A stretch of DNA of 59,594 nt, filler included. It is 9 parts of 9 records of this genome, joined end to end, with 100 filler letters (N's around TTAATTAATTAA, not from the genome) between each part and the next. Parts side by side here need not be neighbours in the genome. Positions count along the whole stretch, not along the records: positions 30,230 to 37,332 come from SRR31147125_289900; positions 37,433 to 44,917 come from SRR31147125_290933; 7 more parts are not named here. One strand, written 5' to 3'. The position numbers were made by a program, and so were the translations under genes. The notes beneath the pieces were generated by a model, which made no database searches, was not told where the DNA came from, and worked only from the letters and a program-made list of their open reading frames with translations. Below, piece after piece: positions 33,201 through 45,017 of the stretch. The stretch's first letter is position 1. Each line of letters begins with the position of its first letter.

Positions 33201-36200
33201 ATCACCATAGCTGAATTCGTCTCCCAGGCCCATCATTCTGTCCATGCGAAGAGGAGGTACAGCGTCGTTCTCCAAAGCCAGCGTTGCACCCGGTTCATTA
33301 CGAATGTTTGCGCGATGATACAAAGCGAGATCTCCTGCACCACGCACCACAACTTCATTCCGGTTCACAATGGTACGGTGTCGGATACTTGTTCCACGCG
33401 AGGAAAGCCACTGGATCTCCTCTATGTGCAGCTCACGCTCGAAGATGTGTACATCGTCAAGCAAGCCCCATGCATATCCTGAAATACCCAGGCCACCAAT
33501 GCGATCGAGGGCAACCGTTGCACGAGCATGGGCATAGCCCACCACTTCTCCATCTACCCAAAAACGCGTCTGTTCGGGAATGGCGACGGCTACAAGATGA
33601 TGCCATCCAGGAGTGAGGTCCTTGTTCACATTCAGCCTGGCCGTGCTGTCAAAGAGATCTTGCATGTAGTGGAACGTCGATCCAATCTGTACACCCAGAT
33701 CACCCTGGGCATCTGTAGCCACAGCATGAACTCCGCCTCCGTCACCGTCACCACCTGGCCCATAGACGAGCGTGTGCCCGCTGCTCGTTGGTGGAAGTGG
33801 TGTTAGAATCCACGCTGCAATCGTGAAGTTGGTTGTTGCAGATACTTCAATGGAAGGATCAAGAAGGACGTATCCCGTGCCCTGGAAGGAGGAAGCAAAC
33901 TGGCCGCAAATACCATCAATACGCAGAACACCATTCGACATATCGGGTTTGGGTTGCGGATTGTTTCGATAGAGGTAGGGTTTGCCGGGATACTGTTGTG
34001 GAGTGGATGTGTCGGCAACAAAGTTGGGTAGTGCCTCGAATTCCATGCGCAACGAAGCACCCGGTAGTGTATGACAGGGATCATTGTCTGGAACACTGCT
34101 GTACAGATCCATTCGTCCCTCAACGAATACCTTTCCACCTGCCCCGTCCAGAGTGCCGCCATACATGGCGTACACTCCCGTGATATTGACCTCCTCGCTT
34201 CCAGTAAGCCGTCCCCCTGTTTGGGTAAGGGTTTCCGCCATCAAAGGTCCATCTACACGTAGAGTACCTCCTGCTACAGAGAGATCGGCGACCTCAACAC
34301 GGGAATGAACATGAAGCAACGCCGTACTCCCTTCACTCAGGGTTACCGAGGAAAGTGCAAAAGGATTCCAAATATCCACCACTGCACTACCGTCCACCAC
34401 GAGCGGAGAACGATCCTGCTCCGCATCTACCATTGTAATAATCCAACCCGATTCGGCGTACAGACGCTTGCCATAGTTCTGCAAGTCGGCACCCGGCCGG
34501 AAGCGCACTTGGCCACCAGCTACACGCGTTTCTCCGCTTTCCCTGACGTCAAATGTACCGCTAATATCCGTAATACCACCCGTGAAACTCACAACTCCGT
34601 CACACAACACCTTAGCACCCGAAGACAAGAAATGATGTCCTCCACCGAATACTAGCTCTGCATGCTCATCCACCAAGAAGGTTCCTGCACTTGCATCGTA
34701 GCGATCGCTTCCTTCTGTGAGAACAAGGGCACCCGCCTCAACACGAATTGTTCCGTAGTTGTACATCTCAAAACCGAGTTCGTTGGAACAGGTGGCTTGA
34801 TGAGTGAGGAGTCCGTAGTTGAGGAACTTGGGTCGCTCGAACGTATTGCCGGTGATGTGTACCATTGCATTCCCACTGTTGCATGAGAAGAATTCGACCT
34901 CGCTCAGGGCCACGGTACTGCTCGACATTGGAACCAGTACAAGGCGCAGGGAGACGATGGAACTCCCAATGGCGTGGTCAATATGAGCGCCCACATCCTC
35001 CATTCCATCTGTAGCAACGTCCGCAGCCACAACTTGCTCCTCCCACCCCTCTTCAAGGACAATGGACAGGGTATACGTCACATTCGTTCCAATGTAGGGA
35101 TAGATTCGCACAAAGTCTGGCGAGACAGGTTGCGGGAAGTGCATTGTCACAGTCTCACTACCAACTACATTGGCAACCATCCATGCGTCTTCGGCACTTG
35201 CACGAGTCGTTCCATCGAAAAGGTGTCCCAAAGGAGCATCGCTGGGAGAGTGGTGCTCGGCTTGCACAACCACTCCATTGGAACCGACATAGAGAGGAGG
35301 ATTGCTCGAATCAGGATCGTACCAACCGCCTCCGAAGTAGAGACGTGAACCCATTGAATGGCACGAACCCGATCCGGAAAGAGAGTTCGGTCCAGCAGTG
35401 ATACGGAATTCGGAACCTTCCGTATTCACGATTTCCACTCCTTCTGCCAGCAGAAGAGATCCCTTTGTCCATGTGATCGTGCCATTGTTGACAATTGTGC
35501 GCTTGCTTAATCGATTGAACGACATACCCACCACCTCATCGAACGTCATATCACGCTTGTAGAATTGTATGTCATCTAGTGGTCCTCCCCACGGTCCCAT
35601 TCGCACGGCATCGGTCATACGATATCCATCAACTCGTCCCACGGTGCGCGTGTCCACAAGGAACGTGCAATTCCTGTATTCACGACCAGCCTCAGCTACC
35701 AGATTCGTGTATGTCTTCACAATTAGATGATGCCACCCGGCTTGGAGCAGGGCAAAGCTGAATCCACTGGAGTGGAAGGTGCTGTCCACAAGAACACCAA
35801 TCTCGAGGGTGGTATTTTGTACTACAATGCACACATCCACCGAATCACAAACGAGTGTATGATACTCGAGGCTTGATGGTCCTTGTACGGGGTGAAGGGG
35901 AGCTAGGAACCACACAGAAAGGGCGGAACTGAGAGGGCCGGGTGGATCCACCGACTCAAAGGAAACCCCACTGAGGGACAAGGTTGCGTCACCGCGCGTC
36001 AGAGAAAGAGCGTAGTCGCCACAATATCCAGCTACAAGGGAGGCCGTTCCACCAGGTTGCGAAGCGCTCGCCTCTGTGGGATAAGGTGCCGAGTTCTCCA
36101 TGGGCACAGCAACATCCTCGAACTCCAGTCGCAGCACAGGGTCATGAAGAGAGCGGCATGGGGATTCCGAACTCAGGGAAAGCTCACCATTGATCACAAG

Positions 36201-37332
36201 AGGCCCGTTCGCTCCATCAAAAGTGCCGCCTTGCTTCATGAAGCGATTGTTCACCACAAGCGCACCTCCACCCCTCGCAGAACAGCCTCCACCGGTGATG
36301 TACCCACCGGTCTGGACAATTGTATCGACAGCCACGGTTCCTGTGCCCACGAAGGATCCTCCGTCCATGGTCAGGTTCCCGATCTGAACCTCTCGACACC
36401 CTGTCATCACAATCCCAGAGGCATGAAGCGTTAAGGACTGAATGGATGCACTCAGGAGCGTCAAGTCCAAAACGCCAAATTCTGACACTTCAATCGAGCC
36501 AAATTCTTCCGTCAATCCACTCCACATGAACACAGTTCCGCCTTGTGCCTTGAGAACGCGTCCAAAGCTTGATACTTGGCTATTGGGCATTATTGACAAG
36601 AATCCACCCTCCATGAGTGTGTAACCGGGATCGTGCACATCAAACAAACCGAACACCCGCGTGTGTCCGTCCGCGACACTCACAACACCTGATGCCTCCA
36701 GAATACTGTTCTCGAAGAGGTTGAAGACACCGTCGCAGAAGAACTGCAAATGACCCTCGGCACCCACGCGGAACACACTGGGAGGTGGGACGTCTGTAAC
36801 GTTGCGATAGTGCACGTCTGTTCGGTTATAGGGCACCCACACCTCAGTCGTTATACTGACAAAGCATGGCGGGGTGACGCCTTCACACAAGTCGGGTTGG
36901 GGAAGATCACACACACACGTAGAGTTCTCCGTTGCATTCTCCACAGTGACGACCACAGATTCGATCGTGCTGTTCACCAGCTGCAACTCCGTACACGTAC
37001 AATTGTACGAGAGGGAACGAGCTTGCTCCGCTGTCACAACTGTCGGTACCCAGGTGAAGCAATCCTGGGGACAAGGAATCTCAACCTCCTCCGTGTGATT
37101 CTCGCGTCGAATATCCTCCACCACAACCTCGTAAGCAACTTCGTGTGCGTCGGGCACAGAACCACCATATCCCCGGCCTCGAAGACGCAAGGTGCCTTCT
37201 TGTACGTCTAACACATTGAAATTGCGCAGTTCAAAGTAGAGTGTGTTGGTGGTTGTGTCGGTCTTGCGAATAATACCATAGTTCTCGAGCAAGGGTGGTG
37301 AGTACATCCGACTCGAGGCGTGGAACATCTCG
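30230..37332 (-). CDS. Giant repetitive extracellular protein, partial at both ends (>2360 aa): beta-helix-like segments with three LamG-like and three F5/8-discoidin-like domains
   Basis: Single open frame across the contig. Three WHHL...DD..(I/V/F)..R..(T/H)..E(I/V) domains, three LFDG...L(S/T)E..F domains, GG.(L/I)(T/D)G repeats. Confidence 0.8.
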
Positions 37333-37432
37333 NNNNNNNNNNNNNNNNNNNNNNNNNNNNNNNNNNNNNNNNNNNNTTAATTAATTAANNNNNNNNNNNN
37401 NNNNNNNNNNNNNNNNNNNNNNNNNNNNNNNN

Positions 37433-38918
37433 GCCCAGCGGGAACCGGGCCCAGCTCCAGGCCTTCCCGTTCAACTCGCATCGCGGCGGCGAAATGATCT
37501 GTCTCGTCGCCATCAACACCAAGTTCGAGAAGCAGAGCGACCTGCCGCTGACTGCGGCCTCGGATGCCGAACAGCGCGCCTATATGGAGCGGATGGAGAA
37601 TGAGATCCGCTCGACCCAGGAGGCGCTGCAGCAGACAATCGAGGAGTTGCAGACAGCGAATGAGGAGCTGCAATCGGCCAATGAAGAGCTGCAATCCACC
37701 AATGAGGAGTTCCAGGCGACCAATGAGGAGTTGGAGACCTCGAATGAGGAGCTGCAATCCACCAATGAAGAACTGCTGACCGTCAACGAGGAGTTGCAGA
37801 TCACCGCCACCGAGCGTCAGGCGCTCGCCTCGGAGCTGGAAGCGTCGCTGGTGTCTTCGCCCTATGTCTTTGCCATGGCGGATCAGGCGCTTATGGTGCG
37901 CCGCATGTCGAAGGAAGCGTCCTGCTTCTTCGGCCTTGAGGAGCTTCCGCCCACCGGCGTGCATCTGAGCCAGTTCACCCTGCTGCCCGGCTTCCCGGCG
38001 CTGGCGCCCGTCGCGAATATCGTGCTGCGATTGCAGGAGCCCCGACGACTGGCGGTGCTCTCGGAAGGGCGCTATTTCAATCTCGTTGTCTCGCCGGTGC
38101 TCGATGTGCATCGCAAGCAGATCGGCGTGTCCATCGTGGTAACGCATAGCGAAAGCGAGCCGCTCTCGCAGATCCTTGGAATGCTGAGCGCGTCGACGCA
38201 TTTCGCCTACTGGACCTACAATGTCGAGTCCGAGGAGCTGAACCTGTCGCCGGAACTGTTCCAGATACTGAAGCTTGAAACCTCCGGAGAGATGCTGGGC
38301 CTGACGGAGTTTCTGTCCTATGTGCATCCCGATGAACAACAGTCGTTCCAGGACAAAATTCAGCGCCTGATCGAGTTCGGCGGCGAAGCCCAGGGCGAAA
38401 GGCGGCTCTATGACCGCAACGGCAAGATGATCCGGGCCCACAGCCAGAAGCTCGCCCTGCCGGATGAGGGAGGGCGAACGATCCAGATCATTGGCGTTAT
38501 TCACGACAGCTCAACGGAAATCGGCCGCGATATCCTGTTGACGAATTACGAGAATGTCACTGCCGTGCTGGGGATTGGCTTCTACTCGGTCGATCTCGAA
38601 AGCAATGTGCCGACATGGAACAAGTCCTTGTTCCGGATCCTCGGCTATGATCCCGAGACGCATGTCCCCACGGTCGAAAGCGCCCTGGAGATCATCCATC
38701 CAGAGCATCGCGACATGGTGCGCGGGATCTATGAGGGCGCCACGCGGAGCGGCGAGAGCTTCAGCTACGAGGCCAAGATCCTGCGCAGGGACGGGTCGGA
38801 GATGTGGTGCGAGGGGCGCGGCCTGGCGCGGCGGGGGCGGAACGGGTTGCCGTCCCATATCTTCGGCAGTTTTAGACAGATCGCCGGGCCGAGATCTGCC
38901 GGCACGACCGCCGACTGA
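37433..38918 (+). CDS. C-terminal part of a CheB/CheR-fusion-type protein: ELQSxNEE coiled coil plus three PAS domains, no kinase domain
   Basis: IEELQTANEELQSANEELQSTNEE...ELLTVNEEL heptads; PAS motifs YVHPDE and IIHPEH. Confidence 0.85.
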
Positions 38919-39077
38919 CCATGCAACAAGCTGTTAAGATGACATTAACCAAGTTCTCGGAGGCTGCATCGGAAAAGCGCGCTGAACAAACGGATCTTCG
39001 TCGTATTGAATACCGTCCCAACCTTCCCAAGACTTTCCGATTCTCGTTTTCGCAAGGCCAACTCTGTCTCCAGGGCA

Positions 39078-40235
39078 ATGGATCTGGTGCCGGAAGGGGG
39101 CGATGTGGATGAAGATGTCCTCGGAACGGCCTTTCTGGTCTCGCCCTATGCTCAGTTCATCCTCGATTGGTCCGGAAAGATCCTCGTGTGCAATCGCCGG
39201 GCCGAGCGCACCTATTGGCCGGCCGAGCTTGGAACGCCGGACGAGCTGCGAGGCAAGCTTTTTCACACGCTGACGCGGCTGCCGCCGCTGGTGGTCGAGC
39301 AACGTCTCAGAGAGGGGACGGCGGCAGGCTCGCTGACATTGCCGATGCGGTCGAACTCGCATCTGCAAACGCCTTCGGGAACCGTGTTTCGTGTCTCGCT
39401 CCTGCGCTCGGCCTCGCGCGGGGAGCGGTTGATCCTGTTGACCCAGGACCAGCTCAAAGCAACGGCAGAAGCCTTGTCGAGGATGAACCATCAGCGCATC
39501 GAGGCGAATGCGGAGCTTGATCGGCTCGGAAGCGCCCATATCGAGTTGCAATCGGCCATGGCGAGCATGGAGGCGTTTTCGCGCGCGGCGTCTCACGACC
39601 TCAAGACCCCGCTCAACACGCTGTCCGTTGCGCTCGAATTGCTGGAATCCAGATTTGCGCAGGATCTCCCGGAGACTGTGCAGCAATATCTGGAGGTCAT
39701 GCAGAAAGCGGTCGATCAGATGGACCACCTGACATCGGACCTGTTGCAGCATGCGCGGTCATCAGCCGGTATGGTCACCGCCACTCCTTTGAACATCCGC
39801 AGCGAGATCGAGGCCGCTCGACAGGATGTCTCCATCGCGTTGGAGGAATGTGGCGGGGAATGTCGGATCATCGGCGAAGGCTTCGACTTCATGGCGGAGC
39901 CGCTGCTGTTCCGGTTGCTGGTGACGAATCTCTTGACGAATGCCATCAAGTATCGGCATCAGGACCGCCCGCTCGAGATCGAGATTTCGATCATCGGCGA
40001 CAGCTCCCGCAGCGGGAGCCTGAAGATCCGAGACAATGGAAACGGTTTCGACCAGGCCCAGGCGCGGGAAATTTTTCGACCCTTCACGCAGCTGGAAAAC
40101 ATGGCCAACGGATCCGGTCTGGGCCTGTCGACCTGTGCCGAGATTTGTCGCCGCCATGGTTGGGAGATATCGGCGCAGGGCACGAAGGGACAATCCGCCG
40201 AGTTTCGCGTGGTTTTCGGCTCCAAGACGAGGTAG
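39078..40235 (+). CDS. PAS-domain sensor histidine kinase
   Basis: H-box ASHDLKTPL, N-box NLLTNAIKY, DNGNG, GSGLGL. Confidence 0.93.
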   Translation: MDLVPEGGDVDEDVLGTAFLVSPYAQFILDWSGKILVCNRRAERTYWPAELGTPDELRGKLFHTLTRLPPLVVEQRLREGTAAGSLTLPMRSNSHLQTPSGTVFRVSLLRSASRGERLILLTQDQLKATAEALSRMNHQRIEANAELDRLGSAHIELQSAMASMEAFSRAASHDLKTPLNTLSVALELLESRFAQDLPETVQQYLEVMQKAVDQMDHLTSDLLQHARSSAGMVTATPLNIRSEIEAARQDVSIALEECGGECRIIGEGFDFMAEPLLFRLLVTNLLTNAIKYRHQDRPLEIEISIIGDSSRSGSLKIRDNGNGFDQAQAREIFRPFTQLENMANGSGLGLSTCAEICRRHGWEISAQGTKGQSAEFRVVFGSKTR

Positions 40236-40829
40236 CGGCTGATGCGGGGATCGCGCCTTGGACGGTCACGGCCGGCTTGACGCATCGGCTGAGGCAAGTC
40301 GAGGCCATGCCGATGGTTTCACCACATTTCCAAGGTCTGATGTTCCGCTTCCGACTATAGCGTCCGCGACCTGCGGATCGGAAAGCCCAAAAAACCTGAG
40401 ATCCACCGAATGATCAGGCCATCTATGCAATGGTCTTCACCGGAACCTTGATCTTCAACGCGGTAAGAGTCACGCATTTGTAGCGAAAGTCCTCCCGGCC
40501 TTCCGAACTGCCACTTCTTGAGCAAGACTTGTCTTCTCGGTCTTGCAGGGAACGGCAGAGAGGTCGGAATACCTGTCACTGGTGCAGCTCGCGACATCGA
40601 GTAAGAATGGGCTCGGAGCCGCGATGCGGTACTGCAGAAAAATCCTCGATTTTGACCCGTTCTGAATGACCGCTTCCATCCTTTTCGGATGGCAGGCTCA
40701 CGACTGCAGCGAAATTCCGGATTCCGCCCTCCCTGTCGATTTCTGCATTTGCGAAAGGTGGGGCATTTAGCATTCCACGGGCGGTGCGCGATCAGCCCAA
40801 AGCGGAAGTCGGTCGGATTTGCCGAGTTG

Positions 40830-41004
40830 AGCAAACCGGACCTACACCACGTCCGGATCGGCCAACTGCTCAGAGGACGAAATTGCGTTTTTTCGTTGGG
40901 CGCAGGGCAACCCGACAGATTGACGAGAAGGAATGCTCCTCCTGCGGCGTGCAAGATGCCCGAAAGGACCCAAATGACGGTTGCTATCTTGTGACTGTTT
41001 TCAT
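40830..41004 (-). pseudogene. Possible small membrane protein or gene remnant
   Basis: Strong SD AGGAGG + ATG at 41004. Restoring one A gives MKTVTKIATVIWVLSGILHAAGGAFLLVNLSG; the sequence beyond looks non-coding and the end is uncertain. Confidence 0.35.
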
Positions 41005-41103
41005 GTCGACCTCCTTGATCGCCCTCTCCCCAAAGAATGGTGCGTGGGCATAGAACCCGCGCACCATCATTTCCGTTGCAGATCGGGGGACCTGTTGGAG
41101 TGT

Positions 41104-41134
41104 CGGGCGCTCAGCTAAGAAAGCCGAGCGCCCG
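41104..41134 (-). terminator. GC-rich hairpin just after the SdsA-like gene
   Basis: CGGGCGCTCAGCT / AGCCGAGCGCCCG inverted repeat; no clear U-tract. Confidence 0.55.
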
Positions 41135-41141
41135 CAAAGCC

Positions 41142-43052
41142 CTAGTTATGGAACAACAAAGCCGAAGGCACGACGACGGCGCGTTCCGGCACGTAGCGGT
41201 CGAAGAGGTCGATTAGGCGTGCGGCCTCTGCTGCATTGCCGGAGACGTTGATCTCTCCACTTTGGATCAACGCATCCGGTGTCTCCATACTGATGAAGAT
41301 CTTCGCCCATGTTTCCCCGGACATCGCCAAGGTCATATCGGGATCCCTGTAATGCGTGTCCGGTTCAGCGACAAACTCGGCAACCGCGCGCCGGATATGC
41401 AGGCCCGCGCTGCTGCCATCGGCAAAGTCGAACCGCATCATCGCCTCGGTATCGCCACTCAGCTCCGGATTGATGCGGACACGGAAGTGATCGACATAGG
41501 TCGTGGGCGATGCGGCAATGACCTCGGGCGCGGGCGGGATGACGCGCGGGACGGTCACCTTGCCCTCAAGGGCGAGCGCCTGTGTCATCAGGTGCGCGCG
41601 GTCGTTGGCGCCGGTCGCGACATAGGCCATCTGACGAAGCGCGTCAGCCTTGGCCTGCCGCACCTCGGCATCTTCCGGATCGAGACGATAGAGATAGTTC
41701 ACCAGTTGCGCGGCCCAGGCGTATTCCTCCTTCTCCATGGCTTCACCGGCGGCGGCCAGCACGGCCTCGCGCCCGCCCATCAGCGGCACGATCCGTTCCG
41801 CCTCGTCCCACGGCGCGACGGGCTTCAGGTTCGCGGCGTCATTGTCGTACCAACCGACGCATTGGTAGTGGATCGCCGGCGAATAGCTGGAGATCTCGCC
41901 ATAGTTCTGAAGGTTGTTCGGGGTCTCGTTCAGATAGGTCGGGAAGGTCACGAGATGCGGCAACTCCTTCGGGCCTTTGCCGCCGAGAATGCCGCGCAGG
42001 CTCTGGTCGAGCACAAAGCTCGCCCCGTCCAGATAGCCCTCCAGCGTTTTCTGGATGTTCTCCTTGCCGACCAGCGGACGGGCGGCGGCGGAAATCAGCA
42101 CCTCGGGCTGAAGGTCGCGGTTCTGCTTGAGACCGGCGATCCATTCGCGCGGGTCGCGGAACACGTCGCCGCGCACGGAATAGAGCTGCGGCGGGCTCGA
42201 CCACAACATGGTGGTCAGCAGGATCTTGCGCTCCGGCAGCCAGACGGTGGTGTGCACCTTGTCGTCCGAGCCATAGCGCGTGAAGAACTGCATCTTCACG
42301 CCAAGCACATCCATTTCCTGGCCATCCTCGACGGGGGTGTTCACCGGGATAAAGGCACCTTCGTCAACTTCGAGATTGGTTGGCACCACCCAGGCATCCG
42401 GCCCCTCATGCGGCATGAACGTGTTGAACTGGATCAGCAAACGTGCGGTCAGATAGGGCCCGATCTCGGGGAAATAGGCCGGCGCGCCTCCGGCATTCTG
42501 TTGGACCACGTCGTTCAGGTTCGGATGGCCGATGATTGGGATATCATCATTGCCCTCGGTCAGCACACCGGCGCCGAAACAGGTATGCGAATGGCCGTAG
42601 ATGATCGTCTTGACCGGCTTGTCGCTGACCGTGCGCAGCGCTTCGAACATCAGCTCGCCGTCATGCTTGGTGTCGCCGGTGTCAAAACAGATCAACCCCT
42701 CGTCGGTGTCGATCACCGCCATCGGGGCCAGACCGTAACCGCCAAAGACCCAGACGCCCTCGGCGGGCTGATCGATGGTCGGCTCGGGCCAGGAGACGAT
42801 GTCGATCCCGTCGAGCAGCCGCTTGTTGGTGATCGCACCATTCTTGGCCGTCGCCCGCTCGACGGGGGCGCCCATATAGGCGTCGATCTGTGCGGTCGAG
42901 GCCGAGATGTCCCGCATCGCCTCCGCCTCCGATCTGGCATAGGCGGGGGCGGAAGGAAACGCGCCGCCAACCGCCGAAACGGATGCTACCGCAGCGCTTG
43001 ATTTCAAAAGAAAACGGCGCGTCAGGTTCTTTGCTTCGCAACGTTCACACAT
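41142..43052 (-). CDS. Tat-exported SdsA/Bds1-family alkyl-sulfatase-like protein (MBL fold, dimerisation and SCP2-like domains) with degenerate metal motifs
   Basis: MCERC..LTRRFLL Tat signal; GVWVFGGY, FDTG, YSVRGDVFRD, GWYD, MGGREAVL, KADALRQM. Confidence 0.85.
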   Translation of the reverse strand: MCERCEAKNLTRRFLLKSSAAVASVSAVGGAFPSAPAYARSEAEAMRDISASTAQIDAYMGAPVERATAKNGAITNKRLLDGIDIVSWPEPTIDQPAEGVWVFGGYGLAPMAVIDTDEGLICFDTGDTKHDGELMFEALRTVSDKPVKTIIYGHSHTCFGAGVLTEGNDDIPIIGHPNLNDVVQQNAGGAPAYFPEIGPYLTARLLIQFNTFMPHEGPDAWVVPTNLEVDEGAFIPVNTPVEDGQEMDVLGVKMQFFTRYGSDDKVHTTVWLPERKILLTTMLWSSPPQLYSVRGDVFRDPREWIAGLKQNRDLQPEVLISAAARPLVGKENIQKTLEGYLDGASFVLDQSLRGILGGKGPKELPHLVTFPTYLNETPNNLQNYGEISSYSPAIHYQCVGWYDNDAANLKPVAPWDEAERIVPLMGGREAVLAAAGEAMEKEEYAWAAQLVNYLYRLDPEDAEVRQAKADALRQMAYVATGANDRAHLMTQALALEGKVTVPRVIPPAPEVIAASPTTYVDHFRVRINPELSGDTEAMMRFDFADGSSAGLHIRRAVAEFVAEPDTHYRDPDMTLAMSGETWAKIFISMETPDALIQSGEINVSGNAAEAARLIDLFDRYVPERAVVVPSALLFHN

Positions 43053-43095
43053 GGTATCTCTCTTTCTCCCTTGCCCGGTTCGGGCGTCTGGGCCT

Positions 43096-44093
43096 TCAAT
43101 TGGCCGGTTCGAAAGCGGGGAAGCTCCAGCTTCCGTCGAGGATTTCTTCGCGCGGTTGGTAGAGTCGGACGGCATAGTTCCAGCCCGGCGTGACGGGGAT
43201 GCAGTTCCCCCGGCCGTCATCGCAGCCGCCCATATGGATGGTGATGGACCCATCGTCATTCGGCTCGGCGGTGACGTTGTTGTAATTGTTGCGGCCCATG
43301 TCGTTGGGCTCCATGTAGCCGTCGGCGTTGTAGATGGTGACGGACCAGAAGGCGTCCACCGGCACGTCCTTGGCCGTGACCGCATAAGGTGTCTCGCCGT
43401 CATTCTGGTCCACGGCGTCGATCAGGTAGACGGCACCCTGTGCAGGCAAACCGGCCCACCCGGCGATCCCGCCGACCAGGAAGTGCAGCGGGTCCACCTC
43501 GTCCTTGCGTCCAAAAGCAAGGCTGGAGTCAATGCCGACGACTGTGGCCAGCTCGTTTAGCGCACTGCGCGCCGCCGCCAGTTGCGACAGGTTCCAGTCC
43601 GGTGCCTCGAACGGCCCGGCTCCACCGCCCGAGACGACAATGCCGTCCTGCGCGGCATGGGCGGCTTTCACGTCCTCTGGGTCGGAGGGGTCGATGAAGG
43701 TCCGGAAACTCACCGCCGCAAACCGGGTGCCGACATTTTCTTCCGTCAACTCGTAGGTGCCGGGTTGGGCCTCGACGAACATGAAATGGTCTTGGTTGAC
43801 CACATGCATCGATTGATAGCGCCCGTCGATCTCGGGCAGCGTGACCGTTGCTGGCTCGGACAGGTCGAGGACAAGCGAGGAATAGATCGTATCCACGTTC
43901 ATCCGGATCACCGGCTGATTGGCAAGATCCACCGTCTCGCGCTGATGCACGATCTGGCCCACCTCCAGCCCGAAGGCCTCGATATTCTGGCGGATCATGT
44001 GGTCGGTTTCCGCCCGGAGAATGTTCTCAAGGGTGATCTCCTCGGCGAGTGCGAGGGTCGGGGCGCAGAGCGCGAGGGCAAGCAGCTTTTCAT
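43096..44093 (-). CDS. DUF1254/DUF1214 protein (1-nt deletion in T4 at 44087-44090, just after the ATG)
   Basis: Restored start MKKLLALALCAPTLALA; QPVIRMNVDTIYS, DAFWSVTIYN, WNYAVRLYQP. Confidence 0.9.
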
Positions 44094-44183
44094 CGATTAT
44101 GTTCTTTCTTCCTTGGTTGGAGATAGGGGGGCGCCCCGGCAAACCCTTGGCGCCCCCCTGTCGTCAGACAAACGCGGCCCGCC

Positions 44184-44917
44184 TCACTCCAGCCTGCGTG
44201 CGATGGGCGCGGTCCAGCTTTCGTAGCGTTCCAGATCGGGCGCGTAGAGGCGCATGATGATGTCGAGATCCATGTCGGCCCGGTTGATCGGCAGCCAGTT
44301 CTCCTCGGGCACGCCTTCGGGCTGGTCAGCGGCAATGACGATGCGGATGCCGCCGTCGTCGCTCAGCTTGAAGCCCGCGTTCTCGCCCACAGAATACTTG
44401 AACCGGTCATTGGGGATGAAGAAGCCGGTTTCGTTCTCGTAAAGCGTGGTCGACCAGAAGGCGTTGACGGGTGGCATTTCATCGGCCGTCATCACGATCT
44501 CGTAGTCATGCATGGCGTTCATTGCCGCGCCATCCTCGGTGAGGACCGACGGGTAGAGCGCCTGATCGGCGGGCTGACCGATGGGGCCGGAGACGGACTG
44601 GAAGGTTTGACGCTCGAGGTTGATCTGCCCCTTGGGTTGGAACAGGCCGGTGAGGTTTTCGTCCAGCCAGTCCTGATCGCCGAACTTGGCCAGTTCGCCG
44701 ACAGCGATCTCTTGGGCCACGGCGCGCAGGGCAGCGCCGTCGATTTCCGGTGCCGTGTCGGGATCGTAATCCTTTCCCGGTTCGATGCCGAGCGGTTCCA
44801 TAGCTCCCAGAAGGCCCGCATCCAGTTCGTTATTCGGATCAAACGTGGTGTGGTTGACCACGAATTGCATGACCTCAATGAAGCGATCCTCGAAGATCTC
44901 GAAATCCGAGCCATAGG
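44184..44917 (-). CDS. DUF1214-domain protein (5' truncated)
   Basis: PPVNAFWSTTLY, NWLP, MRLYAP. Confidence 0.88.
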
Positions 44918-45017
44918 NNNNNNNNNNNNNNNNNNNNNNNNNNNNNNNNNNNNNNNNNNNNTTAATTAATTAANNNNNNNNNNNNNNNNNNNNNNNNNNN
45001 NNNNNNNNNNNNNNNNN

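Noticed and set aside
37620-37800. 21-nt DNA repeats as a repeat element
   Set aside because: They are the coding ELQSxNEE heptads of the CheR-type protein.
41262-43001. Long antisense ORFs (e.g. 41262..43001, 10532..11668, 19803..20951, 37377..38504)
   Set aside because: They are shadows of real genes on the opposite strand caused by codon bias and carry no motifs.
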